A DNA stretch of 64,000 bases from Chiloscyllium plagiosum (lineage: Eukaryota): positions 50,236,143-50,300,142 of the forward strand of contig NC_057725.1 of NCBI RefSeq assembly GCF_004010195.1, written 5' to 3'. Below the pieces are notes generated by a model. The model was not told the DNA's origin. It saw only the letters and a list, made by a program, of their open reading frames with translations, and did no database searches. The first letter of the stretch is position 1. The number at the start of each line of letters is the position of its first letter. This document shows positions 49,635-63,299 of this stretch, in pieces. The position numbers were made by a program, and so were the translations under genes.

Positions 49635-51500
49635 CTCTGGACAAAATAAGCAGGAGAAAGCAACACAGCCTCTTGAGCCTGGTCCAGCATTCAGGACAAT
49701 CATGACTAACTTCCTCCTTGGTCTTTACTCCATAACCCTACCCACTCTTCAAAACCCTTCATCCCATTACAAATTAAAAATCTATCTATTTTCTTAAACT
49801 GACTCTGTCTCAGCATCCGCTATATCCTGGGGTAATGAATTCCACAGATTCTCAACCCTTTTGAAAGCAGTAATTCCTCTTCAAATCAGTTTTAGGAGAA
49901 AGTGTCATTGTTTTTAAAAACTATGACTTCTCATTCTAGATCACCCTACATGTAGAAACAACCTTTCTATGTTGACTGTTAAATCTTTTTAATTTCTCCA
50001 TACATTTCAATTATCTCCTTTTTAAACACCCGAGTGTAGGCCTACACTTTCCAAACACTCTTAAAAGAAACCCCTCCTATTTCTGGAATTAATCTAGTGA
50101 ACATCCTGATTTGCCTCCAGTGCAAGTACTCAAGGGGACCAAATCTGTCAGTAATATGCTGGGTATGGTCTCATGAATGCCTTGTGGAGTTGCAGCACTA
50201 TTGCTAAAGGAATAAACAAAGTTGAACAGTGTTGCTGCAACTGTAAAATGCACTTGTGAGAACACACTCATACATTTGAGGTCATATCTCATTTTAGTTT
50301 CAAGTTTAAATTCCATTTGCCACCTCTTATTACTTGCATAGTATTTTGTGATTCATGCACAAGGACACCCAGATCCCTCTGCATTGGACACACACTAAAG
50401 TTTCTCTCCATTCAGATAATTCTGCCTTTTCTTATATTTTTCTGACAAAAATGGATAATGTTACTTAGCCACATTAAATGCCCATCTGACAAATTTTGGT
50501 CCATTCCCCTAAGCTATCCATATCCACTTTTGGATTTTTATGTTGCTTTCTCTTCTATTTTTAGTATTACTTGTCAAATTTGGCTGTAGTACATTCTCTT
50601 CTTGTGTCCAAGTCACTAATGTATTATAAATAATTGGTGCCTGAACACTGATCCCTGTGGCATCCTATTAGTTGTCTTCCCAATCAGAAAAAGGCTCACT
50701 TTATCCAGACTCTGGCTAACCACCAGAAAGCAATCTTCAATCTAAGCTTTAAAAAAAATCCCTAACTTCATTTGATATTACTTTTTGTGTATTAACCTTT
50801 TGTGTGTAACCTCTTATCAAATGTCTTCTGGAAAGTCAGATATAGTACATTGACATGATCCCCATTATCCACTTTGCTAGTTTTGTTTTTGAAAAACTGT
50901 AGCAAATTGGTCAATGTAATTTACCCTTCATAAAACCATGCTGACTCTGAATTATGTTTTGACTTTTCAAATAACCTGCTTTTGCTGCTTTAATTTCCTA
51001 ATGATACCAATTTAACTAATTGATCCATAATTTCCTACCTTCTGATGCCCCCTCTTTTTTTTTTAAAATAAGTGTTTTATGTCAACCTTTTTTTTTCTCT
51101 TACTAATCCATGGAACCTTTCCAGCAATGAAGTTTAGAATATTCTAAACTATCAATGGATCCACTGTCTACCACTTCAAGACCCTGGGTAAATTTATATG
51201 CCTTCAATCTGAAAACTGAGGCTCTTGCTCACTCCACTCCTTCTCCCCCCCCCCCCCCCCAATCCCTGCCCATCCCAATGATGACAGTTGTTTAAGTTCT
51301 TTCTCTTAGGATTACCTCTGCATTACATGTCAATATTGGGATGATACTTCAGTCTTCCACTGAACTGAGGTAAAGTAATGATTTTAATGTCTCTACCACT
51401 CGCCGAACTATTAATTTCCAGTCTCTCCCTCCAAGATACAAACATTCACCTTAACTTTAAGGGAACAGAGTTTATAGTTATAAAATAGATAACAAGAGCT
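49635..51500 (-). mobile_element. Old decayed CR1-like LINE
   Basis: Remnants such as ggatgccacagggatcagtg (VPQGSV) and CR1-like 3' end; heavily mutated. Confidence 0.6.
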
Positions 51501-52230
51501 TCAGTATTATGCTAGCACTTTTCATAAGTTACCTTTTTTTATTTTAAATGAAATAACAAAGCAAGTTTCACAACTTTTTGTTTTAGGCTGCTGCTGACTT
51601 TTTTTAATGTGACCTTTTTTAAGTAGTTTTTTGTTTTATTCTTGTTTAGTCATGGATGCTACCCCCTTCGTCAGGACTGAACGGTTAAGCTTGAAATATT
51701 GGCTCTTGGACATGCTGCCTGACTGGCTGTGATTCTTCTGGTCCCCATGTACTGTTTCAAGTGTGAAACATAAAACATCATAAATTTTTTGTACTGATGA
51801 ACCAGAAGCTCCTCTGTGACGACACTTTGGAAGATATTAAGTGTATTGACATCCCAGATTAAGGGATTGTTGCAAGCTGATAGAAGCTGCAATCCTAAAA
51901 CAGGAGGGGTTTTGAGTGATTGCTCTCTCGCTCTCCCTAAGCTACCAGCTGTATTGTAAAACTGAGATGCATGGAGGTGATCCGTGACCATTTTGGCTGC
52001 CCAGACAGGTTCAGGTTAGACTTCTAAAGAGAATAAGCGTTCACCTACCAACTGCAACAATAGTTCAAGTTTTCAACTGTGTTCACCAACTCTTTACTAA
52101 ATTGCAAGCTACTGATCTCCAAGTCAAAATACAGGCTGGGGTTTTGTACACTTGGGTAAATGATTTGAATTTACAAATTTGTTTCCTGATGGATTTTTGC
52201 ATGTATTTAAACAATTACATTTTATTTCAG

Positions 52231-52439
52231 CCATTCTTGTATACAGATTGCCCTTCACCCAGTCGAGGAGCAAGTTGCTCGTAAAGCTAGTTCATGCTAC
52301 ATTGAACCTTGGTGCATTTTCTCTTGCCATTATTGGGTTGGTGGCAGCATTTGGGTTCCACAATAAGATGCACATCCCCAACTTGTATTCCATACACAGC
52401 TGGGTGGGATTTGCAGCCATTATTCTCTTTGGCTTTCAG
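52231..52439 (+). CDS. CYB561A3: CYB561A3 coding exon 2 (209 nt)
   Basis: Acceptor tttcag, then AILVYRLPFTQSRSKLLVKLVHATL...FHNKMHIPNLYSIHSWVG...FQ, then donor gtaag. Contains the VYR and SxHSW motifs. Confidence 0.95.
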
Positions 52440-52829
52440 GTAAGAAGTGTTTTTTTTCTTTAATTTTAGACCTTTCTTATAAATCTGACTGCTCATAATT
52501 GTGAAAGGAAGAAATAACAAAGCTTCCACTTCTATGACAAAGTTAACTTGTGTAATGCCTGAACAATGTATTTTTTTTTTTTAAATTGTCTTGATTTTCT
52601 GAATATATGCAACTGGCTATATAGACCAGAATTTCATTGAATGTATTGGTGTTAGAGCCCAAGTGAGTCAGAACTCTGACATAGCTGCTACACTTAGTGT
52701 GGTGCCCTTGAAGGGGAAAAAATCTTGCCAATTTTTATTATTAATAATAGTTTCTGAAATCTACATCTGTCAATATATTGACAAAATTAGGGTTGTAGGA
52801 GTACTTTGTAAAACATTTACTTCTTGGAA

Positions 52830-53640
52830 TCTTGATGAGCCAATGGGCTGATGAGTGGCAGGTGGAGTTTAATTTCGATTTAAATGTGAAGTGCTGCATT
52901 TAGGGAAAGCAATCTTAGCAGGACTTGTACACTTAATGGTAAGGTCCTAGGGAGTGTTGCTGAACAAAAACCTTGGAGTCCAAGTTCATAGCTCCTTGAA
53001 AGTACAGTCACCGGTAGATAGGACAGTGAAGAATATATTTGGTATGCTTTCCTTTATTGGTTTGAGTACAGGAGTTGGGAGGTCATGTTGCAGCTGTACA
53101 GGATGTTGGTTAGGCCACTGTTGGAATATTGTGTGCAATTCTGGTCTCCTTCCTAACAGAAAGATGTTGTGAAACTTGAAAGGGTTCAGAAAAGATTTAC
53201 AAGGATGTTGCCAGGGTTGGAGGATCTGAGCTACAGGGAGACGCTGAACAGGCTGGGGCTGTTTTCTCTGGAGTGTCGGAGGCTGAGGGGTGACCTTTTA
53301 GAGGTTTACAAAATTATGATGGACATGGATAGTGTAAATAGATGAAGTCTTTTCCCTGGGGTGGGGAGGAAGTCCAGAACTAGAGGGCATAGGTTAAAGG
53401 TGAGCAGGGAAAGATCTAACAGATCTAAGGGGCAACGTTTTCACGCAGATGGAATGAGCTGTCAAAGGAAGTGGTGGAAGCTGGTACATTTGCAACATTT
53501 TAAAAGGCATCTGGATGGATATATGAATAGGAAGGATATGGGCCGGGTGCTGACAGGTGGGACAAGATTGGGTTAGAATATCTGATCAGTATGGATGATT
53601 TGGACTGAAGGGTCTGTTTCCGTGCTATACATCTGACTCC
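52830..53640 (+). mobile_element. CR1 LINE 3' fragment
   Basis: WQVEFN, LERVQKRFTRMLPGL, SRTRGHRL; similar to 36339-36985. Confidence 0.92.
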
Positions 53641-53839
53641 ACGTGATTGAAATAGCCTAACACCTAAACCATGGCAACCATGAAGGGTTATTTTGCTGAG
53701 CTACTGGATTTTTACAGAAACCATTTCTAATTGTGTAACAACTTCTGAACCTTGAGAAAGATAGTGTTCCCAATTTTTTGGCTTCCTATTAAATGGAATA
53801 GAGAGGAGACCATTGGGAGATCTGGTGCAAGGAGTGATA

Positions 53840-54335
53840 TTGAACTCTAACATGATCCATGTTAGACCTCAGTTGGAGTATTATGTCTAGCTGTGGTCAT
53901 CACACTATTGGAAAGGTGTGGTTGCATTGGTGAGATCGCAGAAGAGTCATAGAATAGTTCCAAGAATGAGCAGTTTCAGGTATGAGGATACATTTAAGAA
54001 GTTGGGACTGCTGTTCTTTGTGAGAAGGAAGATAAGAGGAGATTGATCGCAAGTTTCAAAGTCATGAGCGGGTTGGATAGAATAGGTAAGAGAAACTCTG
54101 CCCCCTCATCAAATCAATGTCCTCTTATTCTTCAATAATGCTCAAATGTAGGAAGGGTGACTCATTATCACTGTCTGGAAATATGGTGGAAACATTGGAT
54201 TTCAGGAGGTCGTTGGATGACTATAGAGATATTCCTGCATGACATTTATATGGAGAGAAGGCAGGAGATTGTACCTTCACAAGTTCTATTACCTCGTGCC
54301 AATAGGCTGAATGGCCTCCTGTACACTAACAGTTG
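53840..54335 (+). mobile_element. Older CR1-like 3' fragment
   Basis: gttagacctcagttggagtat...ataggctgaatggcctcct. Confidence 0.6.
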
Positions 54336-57300
54336 TCATTCTCTCTTAATGTCAGCCATGCGTCTTTTTAATTTTGTTCATTCACATTCAGTTATATTGC
54401 TAGTGTCACTCTGGATACCAACTGTACATACTTCTGTTTTCTGTGTCTCTTATTCACAGTTCTTTAATATGCCATGGCCACTTTTACTTCCATCGTAGTT
54501 ATTGTAATCAACCTGGTCAGACATATGTGACCCCTCTGGAACAGACTGAAACTGAAATCAGACTTGGGAATGCTGCTGCTGTGGCTCTCTTGCCCTCTTT
54601 GGAATTAACTGATGACCAGTCCTCTCTTAGCTCCTCTTCATGGGATATAATGGGGATAACCTAAACAACCACCAAAGGAGAATTATTGTTTCATGTAACA
54701 TTTGGAAAGGAATGATGGTAAAACAATGGTGATTAAAGGGTGCTAGCGAGATGTAACTAGCAATGAGATATAGAATCAATCTGGATTATATCAAAAGATG
54801 GAGTCTACTGAAATGGGTATACTGTAGACCACCAAATAGTCGCAATTTCAGCAAATCTACAAGGTGAGTTATGAGACCTTAATTTAGACATGGAATTTGT
54901 ATGTACAGCACGGCAACAGACCATTTGGTCCAACTCGTCCATGCCGACTAGAAATCCTAATCTAGTCCCATTTGCCAGTACTTGGCCCATATCCATCTTT
55001 AAACCCTTCCTGTAGGTTCTGTTTGTGAAGGAATTTAGTCAGACCATACTGCAGTTGAGGTCTCCATAATCCTCTTATAATAAAGAACTGAGACACCAGA
55101 ATATTAGACCTTGACTGAATTATGAACAGCTTATTCCCCACTTATCAGACTTTGAATGGACCTCTAATATTGATCTCTGCAACTTTTTTTTGGCAGCTGT
55201 AACATTGAATCTTGCATTCTGCTCTGATGCACTTGTACAATCTGCCTGTAAAGCATGTATGACAACCCTTTCCACCATACCTTGGCACACAGGTTCACAT
55301 GACAGTAAAATTTAGAATTGTTATTTTTCTTCTATCTTTTAATATTGAGTTAACTGGTTATGGAAAACCTTTTCACTTGTGGATTGGTCTTAAAACTGAG
55401 CTGTGTAATAAGTTACTAATAAATCTGCAGTGGGACATGAAAAGAAGTTCCTTTACTCGAGACCACTTAGAATGCAGAATCACAGGAAGTGATTATGTTA
55501 CACCTCCATGAGATAGCACACTGGAAATCTGGTTCTGCAATTCTGGAGTCATTACAAAAAGGTTAGAGTGCCTATAAGTACACAATTCCCCAGTTTACTG
55601 TCCTTTTTTTTTCTGGCACATGTTGATTTAAACATACAGACCTGGTTTCTGTATTTAACTAGTGACTTTGTTTGTCTATTACAGAAATGGATGTGAGGTA
55701 CAGGTAAAGATTGTCAATCTTTGACATATGACTTTGTTTTAAAACTCTCACCCCCTCAAAACTCTAATCCCACATACTTATTTTGTCTGTGTGTAAGGGT
55801 ATGGGTGGATGGAAAGATTTGGGGAAGGCATCTGAATCTAAAATTAAAAACCAGAAATAACTAAGTTCAGTAGGTGTGCCAGCATGAGTGGAGAGAAAGC
55901 AGAGTTGATATTACAAGTCCAGTAATGTTCCAGTTCTGAATAAGGGTTGTAGGACTTGTTGCCTCTGATTTCTGTCTCCAGATGCTGTCAGATCTATTCA
56001 GTTTCTCCAGCAATTTGTTTTTAAGTTCAGATATCTAGCATCAGTAGCTTTTTATTTTTGTCTGGACACTCTGCCTGACTTTCCATTTCAAACCTACAGC
56101 CTCCAACAACTGTGGGGGAAATAAACTGGCTTTGTTTTAATTTGGTTAAAACTATAGGGTGAAGGACAGTACCTTCCTATCGATTTGGCTTCTAACGAAA
56201 GTAGCTGTTTGGTTACTCGAAGTCCAATCAGATAGTTGCTTGTAAGCAAAACGTCTTTGTCATTTGAGCTGAGGAATGGTGACCAGTTGGCTACTTTTCG
56301 CCACTTAAATCTAGTTGTATAGCCTGTTGGCAGTCCTTTTCCATATCAATGTTGCTTGTTCCAGTAACACTTGCAATGAATATCAGGTAACTACTTTTGA
56401 TTTTTAAGAAAAATGGAGCACTCCTTTTCACAATCCTGAGTTTCTTTTTAAACCGTTCTTATCCCATTTCAGTCCACAATTAACAATCCAGAAAATAAAA
56501 CAGTCTTTACAATTTAAGACCAATAGTTTGGATTATGCATATTCAGTTTGTATATAGTGTAGCATTCTTTTAATTAGGACAACTTCCGTTCCAATGGTTC
56601 ATGTAGTATAATCACCAATAGTCATGAATCTTATCTTGTCATTTCTCTTGGCTTCTCTATTCTTTATCCTTGAACTGTTACCTTTTTCATCCATCTATGC
56701 TTGCAAGATGTAACTGCAGAGAACCTTAATTTTCATACATCTCCATCTGCCCTTTCTTCCGGGGGGGGCTTCAAAAAGCCTGAAACTTTGTCAACTAGCT
56801 TGGAATTTTACAGTTGTAATGATGATTCTGAAAAACAACTTGACTTCCCTTCCAACTTCCTTGATACAAGTTTTATGCTTTCATAATGAACATCAACCAC
56901 AACAAGGCTTCTGTTCAAATGTGTCATGCACTATCTTGGTGGTGATGTTTTGGTGGCTTCCTCAAGGTGCGTGTGAATGATTAACACAGTTAAGTGAGGA
57001 ATCACTCATGAGGTGAACCTATTCCAGAGAAGATGGCAAAGAACTTTGTCTTCAAGTTTTTTTGAAAATCATTTCAGTAATAAGTGACTAGGGAACAGTG
57101 AAGGAAGCATTTTGGATAAGACTTTCAAATTAAATTGTCTTTTGTGTTGCTGCTTTTTTTTATCAGCATGTGATGAGCAGACCAGTTGGAGTTTTGCTGC
57201 TTCTGTACAAATGTTGCCTCCACTTGGAATGCAGGCTTCAAATAGAACCTGATAAGACTTGGTCTCGATTTTATGTATTGTTTGAAGTGCTCAAATGAGA

Positions 57301-57503
57301 TTTTACTGTAAGATTTTGTTGGCAGTTGCAGAATGATGTTTTGTCTTGCCAGCATGATTCTTCAACTGTATCACCTCATGAAGTTCATTTATGTCCTACT
57401 TGACCCTCTGAGAGGCTTGTCAAACATCCATGTATGTAGGACTGTTCCTGCTAGTATAAGTCTAATTTTGTAACATTCTAATTTGTTCTTCTTCGATCTA
57501 CAG

Positions 57504-57658
57504 TGGCTGCTGGGATTCCTGGCCTTCTTACTGCCCTGCACACCCCTCTGGCTTCGAGCTGCTTACAAAGATCTGCATGCCTTCTTTGGACTCTGCATCT
57601 TAGTAATGGCCATTGCTGCTTCTCTGTCCGGAATTAATGAAAAGTTAATATTTGTGCT
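57504..57658 (+). CDS. CYB561A3: CYB561A3 coding exon 3 (155 nt)
   Basis: Acceptor ctacag, then WLLGFLAFLLPCTPLWLRAAYKDLHAFFGLCILVMAIAASLSGINEKLIFV, then donor gtaag. Contains the fourth heme His. Not in the ORF track. Confidence 0.95.
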
Positions 57659-58697
57659 GTAAGTTTTGGTTTGAAAGGACAAAAGTCCTTCTCCAGTTTT
57701 TGAAACTCTCAATTAATAATTGCTTTAAAACTTTTTTCTTTTTATGGTCATCTTCTGGAAACTGACATTTTTCAGGATCTGAAAAGAGATGAAAAATGTA
57801 TTAAGTTAGTGATTCACAAAACAGATTAGTGAAACTAAATTACATTAATTTAGGACTGTCCAGAAGATTGAGGTGAAGTCCTCCAAGTTTCCAAATTTTG
57901 ATCTCCATCAGAGGTATCTGCAACTTTACTGCGTTCTGGCTTTGATATCCTGCACAGTCAAAGCTTCACCAGAATTCTAAGCAGGCTTTTCATCCAGGTG
58001 GCTACTGTTCAGACAACTAAAATGCTAATGTAAGATTCCCTAGGGAAAAGTGATGGTTTTTAGGGAAAAAAGACTGGGTTCCAACCAAGGATGTGTAAGT
58101 GGAATGTGAGGGACTATGAACTTGTACCTCCCTGATAGTGTTTTTTTTTCCCCAAAATACTGTATAAAATTACAGTTTTGGATATGATTGGAATTTAATT
58201 GCTCTGTTAGTGGTAATTATAGCTTCAGTTGCCTTGATTGTAAGCCTTTCTTCAGGGCCCACATTTAAGATCTACTTCTGACCAAATTTAAGGTCTGCTA
58301 TCCTCAGCTCTGGCTTTATGCTCAAATTATAAAGCACTTATTACATTAGGCACAAAAATTAAATACATGTTTTGACATTACTTCATAGCATAAACACTCA
58401 GTAAGAAGTCTGCAAAGGTTTTATAGAATATAACAAAGCATTTAATCTAACTGAATCTCATTGTAAATAGTGCAATCCTTGAGCCACAGACTGGCATATC
58501 AAATACCTCAAACTTTTTTCTTATCATTTCAGTCTCTTGTTTATTCACTTCTCTGCTCTAAATTACACATGGGTTGAGGACCATTTCCTCTTGTGATAGG
58601 GGAGAATTTGATTTGCTGTTTGAACTGTTCAAAAACTAATTACTGGTTTTATAGTATATACTGGTAAATATTTAATGCTACTGTTTTTCCCCTTCAG

Positions 58698-58869
58698 TAA
58701 TGCTCCAAATTCAACTAGTTCCTACAAGAATCTGCCACCTGAAGCATGTCTGGCCAATGTTTTGGGAGTGATTCTGTTGTGTTTCTCCATGACTGTTGCC
58801 TGGATGCTCCTTAAGCGTGATTGGCAGCGTCCAAATGCACGTGAATCTGTACTTGGTGATGCCACAGAG
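58698..58869 (+). CDS. CYB561A3: CYB561A3 coding exon 4 (172 nt)
   Basis: Acceptor cttcag, then NAPNSTSSYKNLPPEACLANVLG...WQRPNARESVLGDATE, then donor gtatg. Confidence 0.93.
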
Positions 58870-59838
58870 GTATGTTGTGATGCTAAATTTGTAGCTGCCT
58901 CATCTTTTTGTTTGAGGTTCACACACAATGTGTCAACAGACACAACTAAATGTGAAATAAATGATTTCACATCCTTTTTAAGCCAAAGGAAATGAACACT
59001 TGTACATTGTTCATTTTGAATTTGGTACATTGTTATTTGGCCCTTTTTTTTAATAATATCATCTACCTGATTGTCTAATGGGGAACATACCTGCCACCAT
59101 CCCACAGGACTAGTGACCAGAAGGTGCCAAGTTTGATGAATTTTTGCTTTGTTGTCAATCTGAGTAATTGCCATCAAATGGCATGTTTTACATGTATTTC
59201 ACGAAAAAGGATTGTATTTAGATAAGGATATCCAGCCAGTATTCATCTGTAGTCCCGAAGGACTAATCAGGTGAATTTAATAGGCTGTCTTCTTCTGTGG
59301 AACTATATTCCAGTACAAGCTGACATCCAAAACACCGATGAAGGGTACATTCTTGTCATTGTGACTTGAATCATTTTGGCTATTCTCCACCTTGAGGATG
59401 AAGAGTACTGAAAAAAACCATGAAAGCAAAATTTGTGTGAATGCTGGAGATTTCTGATTTTTGGAAAAATCCAGCAAGTTTGGCAGCAACTGTGGTGTGA
59501 GACTTTGACTTTGACCCAATAAGGGTTTGTTGAATAGACTAGTATTAGACTGAATGTGAAACATCAATTCTTACAGCCAAGTTTGTCAAGTTACTCCAAT
59601 CTCTAGTTCTGCTTTTGCTTTGATGTTAAGATATTATTTGGGTTTAGGAAGATGAAGAACATGTTTGATTTTGGGTTGAACACTGTCTTTTACACGTACG
59701 TACTTCCCATGCGGCAGCCAGGTTAATAAAGCACGACCTTGTTATCTGCAATAACTACAGTCAATGGCAAATGCATCTCTACATAAAGCTACCATATACT
59801 TTCTAACTGGTTGTTTTTTCTTTTTTTTTCTTTTTAAG

Positions 59839-59859
59839 CCACTTCTGACTGAAGACTAA
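59839..59859 (+). CDS. CYB561A3: CYB561A3 terminal coding exon (PLLTED*)
   Basis: Long polypyrimidine tract plus taag, then CCA CTT CTG ACT GAA GAC TAA. Total CDS 744 nt, 247 aa. Confidence 0.85.
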   Translation, partial: PLLTED

Positions 59860-62800
59860 ATGATGAATAGCTGAAGCTTTTCGGATGCAGTTGGAGAAGC
59901 AGTTGAGATTTGTATAGTGTTGCTGTTATGCTGCATGGAATTGACTCCTCAACTATGGTCTTTCCCTAGAGCAATGATTTGAAGGAACTTTAGTATTAGT
60001 TTGTGAAGTCTAAAAGTAGACAGGATCTAAATTGAATAAGAGGGTGGAATAGACCTTCTCCTGTATCTGCTTTACACTTCTGATTTTAGCCAGTCTGTTC
60101 CAAGGAAGGACTGTAAGTAGACCACTTAAATTAAACGTTGTATAATACTACTTTCATTTGAAGCCAGAAACTCCATTAGCATGATTAATGCAATTAGGAA
60201 ACTGTTGACCCATTTTTAATATTGGGGGAAGAGGGAGAAAGAGTTATAGGCTTAAAATGTTGACCTGTTGTCATTTGAAACCTTTCTGTTGTTTTCCAAA
60301 TTTGAGACTATTTTGTTTTTTTACTTTTGTGGAACACTTGCTTGCACTTACTCCAGAGTAACCCCTCTTAAGGAAAAGAACTGATCATGTAGAATCTAAC
60401 TTGTGGAAAGAACTGCATTTTGTCACATGCTAGGACACATGTAACCTTTTTGGCTTTTAAATTTTTGCACCACAAAGCTGAGCATTTTACTTTCATTTTG
60501 AGATTAGGCTTGAATCCAGCTTCAATTATTGGAGGCTTCTCATGATGCTTATGTCTTTTGATTTGAAATTTGAGGAATCTCATATGTCCAAAACTGGCAT
60601 ATGATTACAGTTCAAAAAAAGTTTGCACAAGATTGGTACTTGAGACTTAATGATGAATGATATTCTGCCAGAATTTAAGTTTTTACTCCTTCCAGCAAAA
60701 GCTTTCTTGTATATTTGCACTTTTTCAGATTTATTTTCTTGTTTGTTGATCGTTGGCCTGTTCTTTTTTAAAAATGTACTCTTTCTGAAGTGTAGAATCT
60801 TTTGTGAGAAGGAAAAAGAAAATTGATAAATTTATTTGCTGTTTTTTAAATGTAATCACCTAAGATTCTAAGATGAAAAATTCTTAAATGTATTTAACAC
60901 TTGTAGATACTGTCAACCTTTAAATATATGACTTGGATTTGGTTGATTTTTTTTTGCTCGCCTGAAGTGTAATTTTTAAGTGGACTAGGACACTACAATT
61001 CAGCTAGTTTAAAGGTTACCAGTTCCAAATTTAGAAGTACAATTGTACTGTTTTGAATATTCAGCATTTCAAATTGTAATTTCATTTTCCATTCTGGGAA
61101 AGGGAATTTGTGCAGATATTTAAATTGGCTTAAATTGAAACTGCAGGGGCTAATCCATATTGCTATTGTTTCCTCTGAAGAAAATTGGTCTTGCATCCTG
61201 ACTCTGCAGGACTTTTTTTTTTGAAAAAAAAGTTTTATTACCAGTTAAATGATTGTGTGCATATTATACAGCAGTCAATCAAGTCCAACAATAACTCTGA
61301 AGTCAGAACTCTTTTTATCTAAGCTATGTGGATAACAGGAAAACTATTGACCAGTACATCATAGGAAAATCCCTGGTTTTAAAAATACTGCTAGGGTGTC
61401 TTACAGACATGATTTCAGTTAAATATGCCTTCTGTAAGACTGCACCTCATAATGGGTGCAGAATTGAGGAAGATAAAAGTCACCAAGGAGCAAAGCTCAA
61501 CTCATTAGCTGCTTCTACAGAGATTAATTAGTAATGCTGTCCAGTAATAGCATGAACATCAACTTAATTGAAGAGGTAATGAGAAAGTTAATAGCCTTAA
61601 ATGTTGTCCTTTTAAAAAATTTAAACTAAAATGTAATTTTGAATTATAGAACACATTTGCTGCACACTAAAAATAGTATGGCAAGAGAAGATAAGAATCT
61701 GTATAAACCAACGCCAAGTGATAACATTCACAGCTAATTAATTTCACAACGTTTAACTCTGACCTTGGAACAAAACTCTGTCAAACTAAATTCTTTCCTG
61801 AATTATTGTCCTTCGCTATTATCTGTCTAGTTCAGAACATGCAGTGCTTTCATTAACTTTTGTGTTTGTGACAGTAATGCCTTTGTAAGCCTGTGTATAA
61901 AAATAGTCTGTTTTTGATAGCTACTCTGTCGTACTGGCTAGGGCTCTTGAAAGAAGTGATTTCCTACTCTGGGGTTTAATAGAATCCAATTAGCTTGATT
62001 TATAGGTATCCGTGTTATGTTGTAACAGTGATGCTATTAGTAAATGAAGGGAATGATTTAAAATTGAACTAATCTGTCTGTAAGACTTGGTTTTTTTTTT
62101 CAAAAAATTCCAAACCACCAAAGAGTATGATTTCTGGAACGAACCATGAGAGAGGCTTACAGATTGAGTTTATAAGGGATTTCCTGGGCCATCTCAAATC
62201 TGTACTTTAACAGTAGGTTGCATAACTTTTTTTCCTTTAAACTGTAGTGGGGTGTTAGTTTTTACTTGTAAACTTTTAAACCTGTTCCCAATTTTAGAAA
62301 CTGCAATCTGTTGCGTTTTTTTTTTTGTTAAAGCTTTCCTTGGCCTCCACTGCATTCAAGTTTCTTCCTGTTACTGCATGCATACTTATCAAGTCTTCAA
62401 ATTATTTTACTTCATCTCTAAACCCCTCGTTGCTGATCTGACTATGCATAAACTCCAACTATGAACATAAGTGAAGCATTTGCTTTTCCTAGAGAATGTT
62501 TGTTTGATCGTGGTTTTTTTTATATAACTACCTGTATTTTTCTTTTGGAGTTGCACTTTTTTTTCAAAAACAAATTCTGTTTAACGCTCTGTGGGGTATT
62601 TTGTTGTCACATTACTGTTCATGCTATTGAGTGAAAGAATGTAGCTGTCTTCCAACAGAAGATAAAGATTTGGAAGTAGGAAAACTTTGAATTTGGTGGA
62701 AAGAGGTAACCATTTGTGCAAGGAAGTGGAAGACTTGATTTGTTCCTCTAAATACATTTCTGTGCTAAGTCTTTAATAAATATAAGCTTGAATATAAACT
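59860..62800 (+). other. CYB561A3: Probable CYB561A3 3' UTR (about 2.9 kb)
   Basis: U-rich and free of recognisable repeats, with AATAAA at 62775-62780. Confidence 0.5.
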
Positions 62801-63299
62801 TCACTAGCACAAAGTTAAGTAACTTAAAGCTTTTCAACTGAAAACATTGCAATCATAGTTTAAAGTAGGCACAAATTATGTCAAATCTGAGGTGCAGGAT
62901 TTCAGCTTTGGTTGTAAATGCTGAGACACTATTAGTAAAATAGCAAGAGGTTTTGTAATCCCTGTCCTAAACTGACTCTATCAATCGTTTCAACTTCACC
63001 AGATGCGTATCTCTTACATCTCTTTAATATTTAAATTTTCTCACCTAAACCACCAGGAATACAGAACAGGTATGTTGTGAAGTGTACTAAAATTGAATAT
63101 AACTAGGGATCATGTCAAACTTGTTTACCATTGTTTGCTGAAACAAATGACCACAAACATGTCAGAATTTCACTGTTTAATATATGCACTCATGTAAATA
63201 TTTTCTTTGTGCTGTTGATGCAGTTGCATGTGACAATGTGGATCTTGGTAGATGTTACAAAGCAAACCAGTAAGTCACTGTCAACTACATTTTAAAGCT

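Noticed and set aside
55496-56369. Possible solo LTR (TG...CA)
   Set aside because: No matching TSD and no second copy in the window to confirm it.
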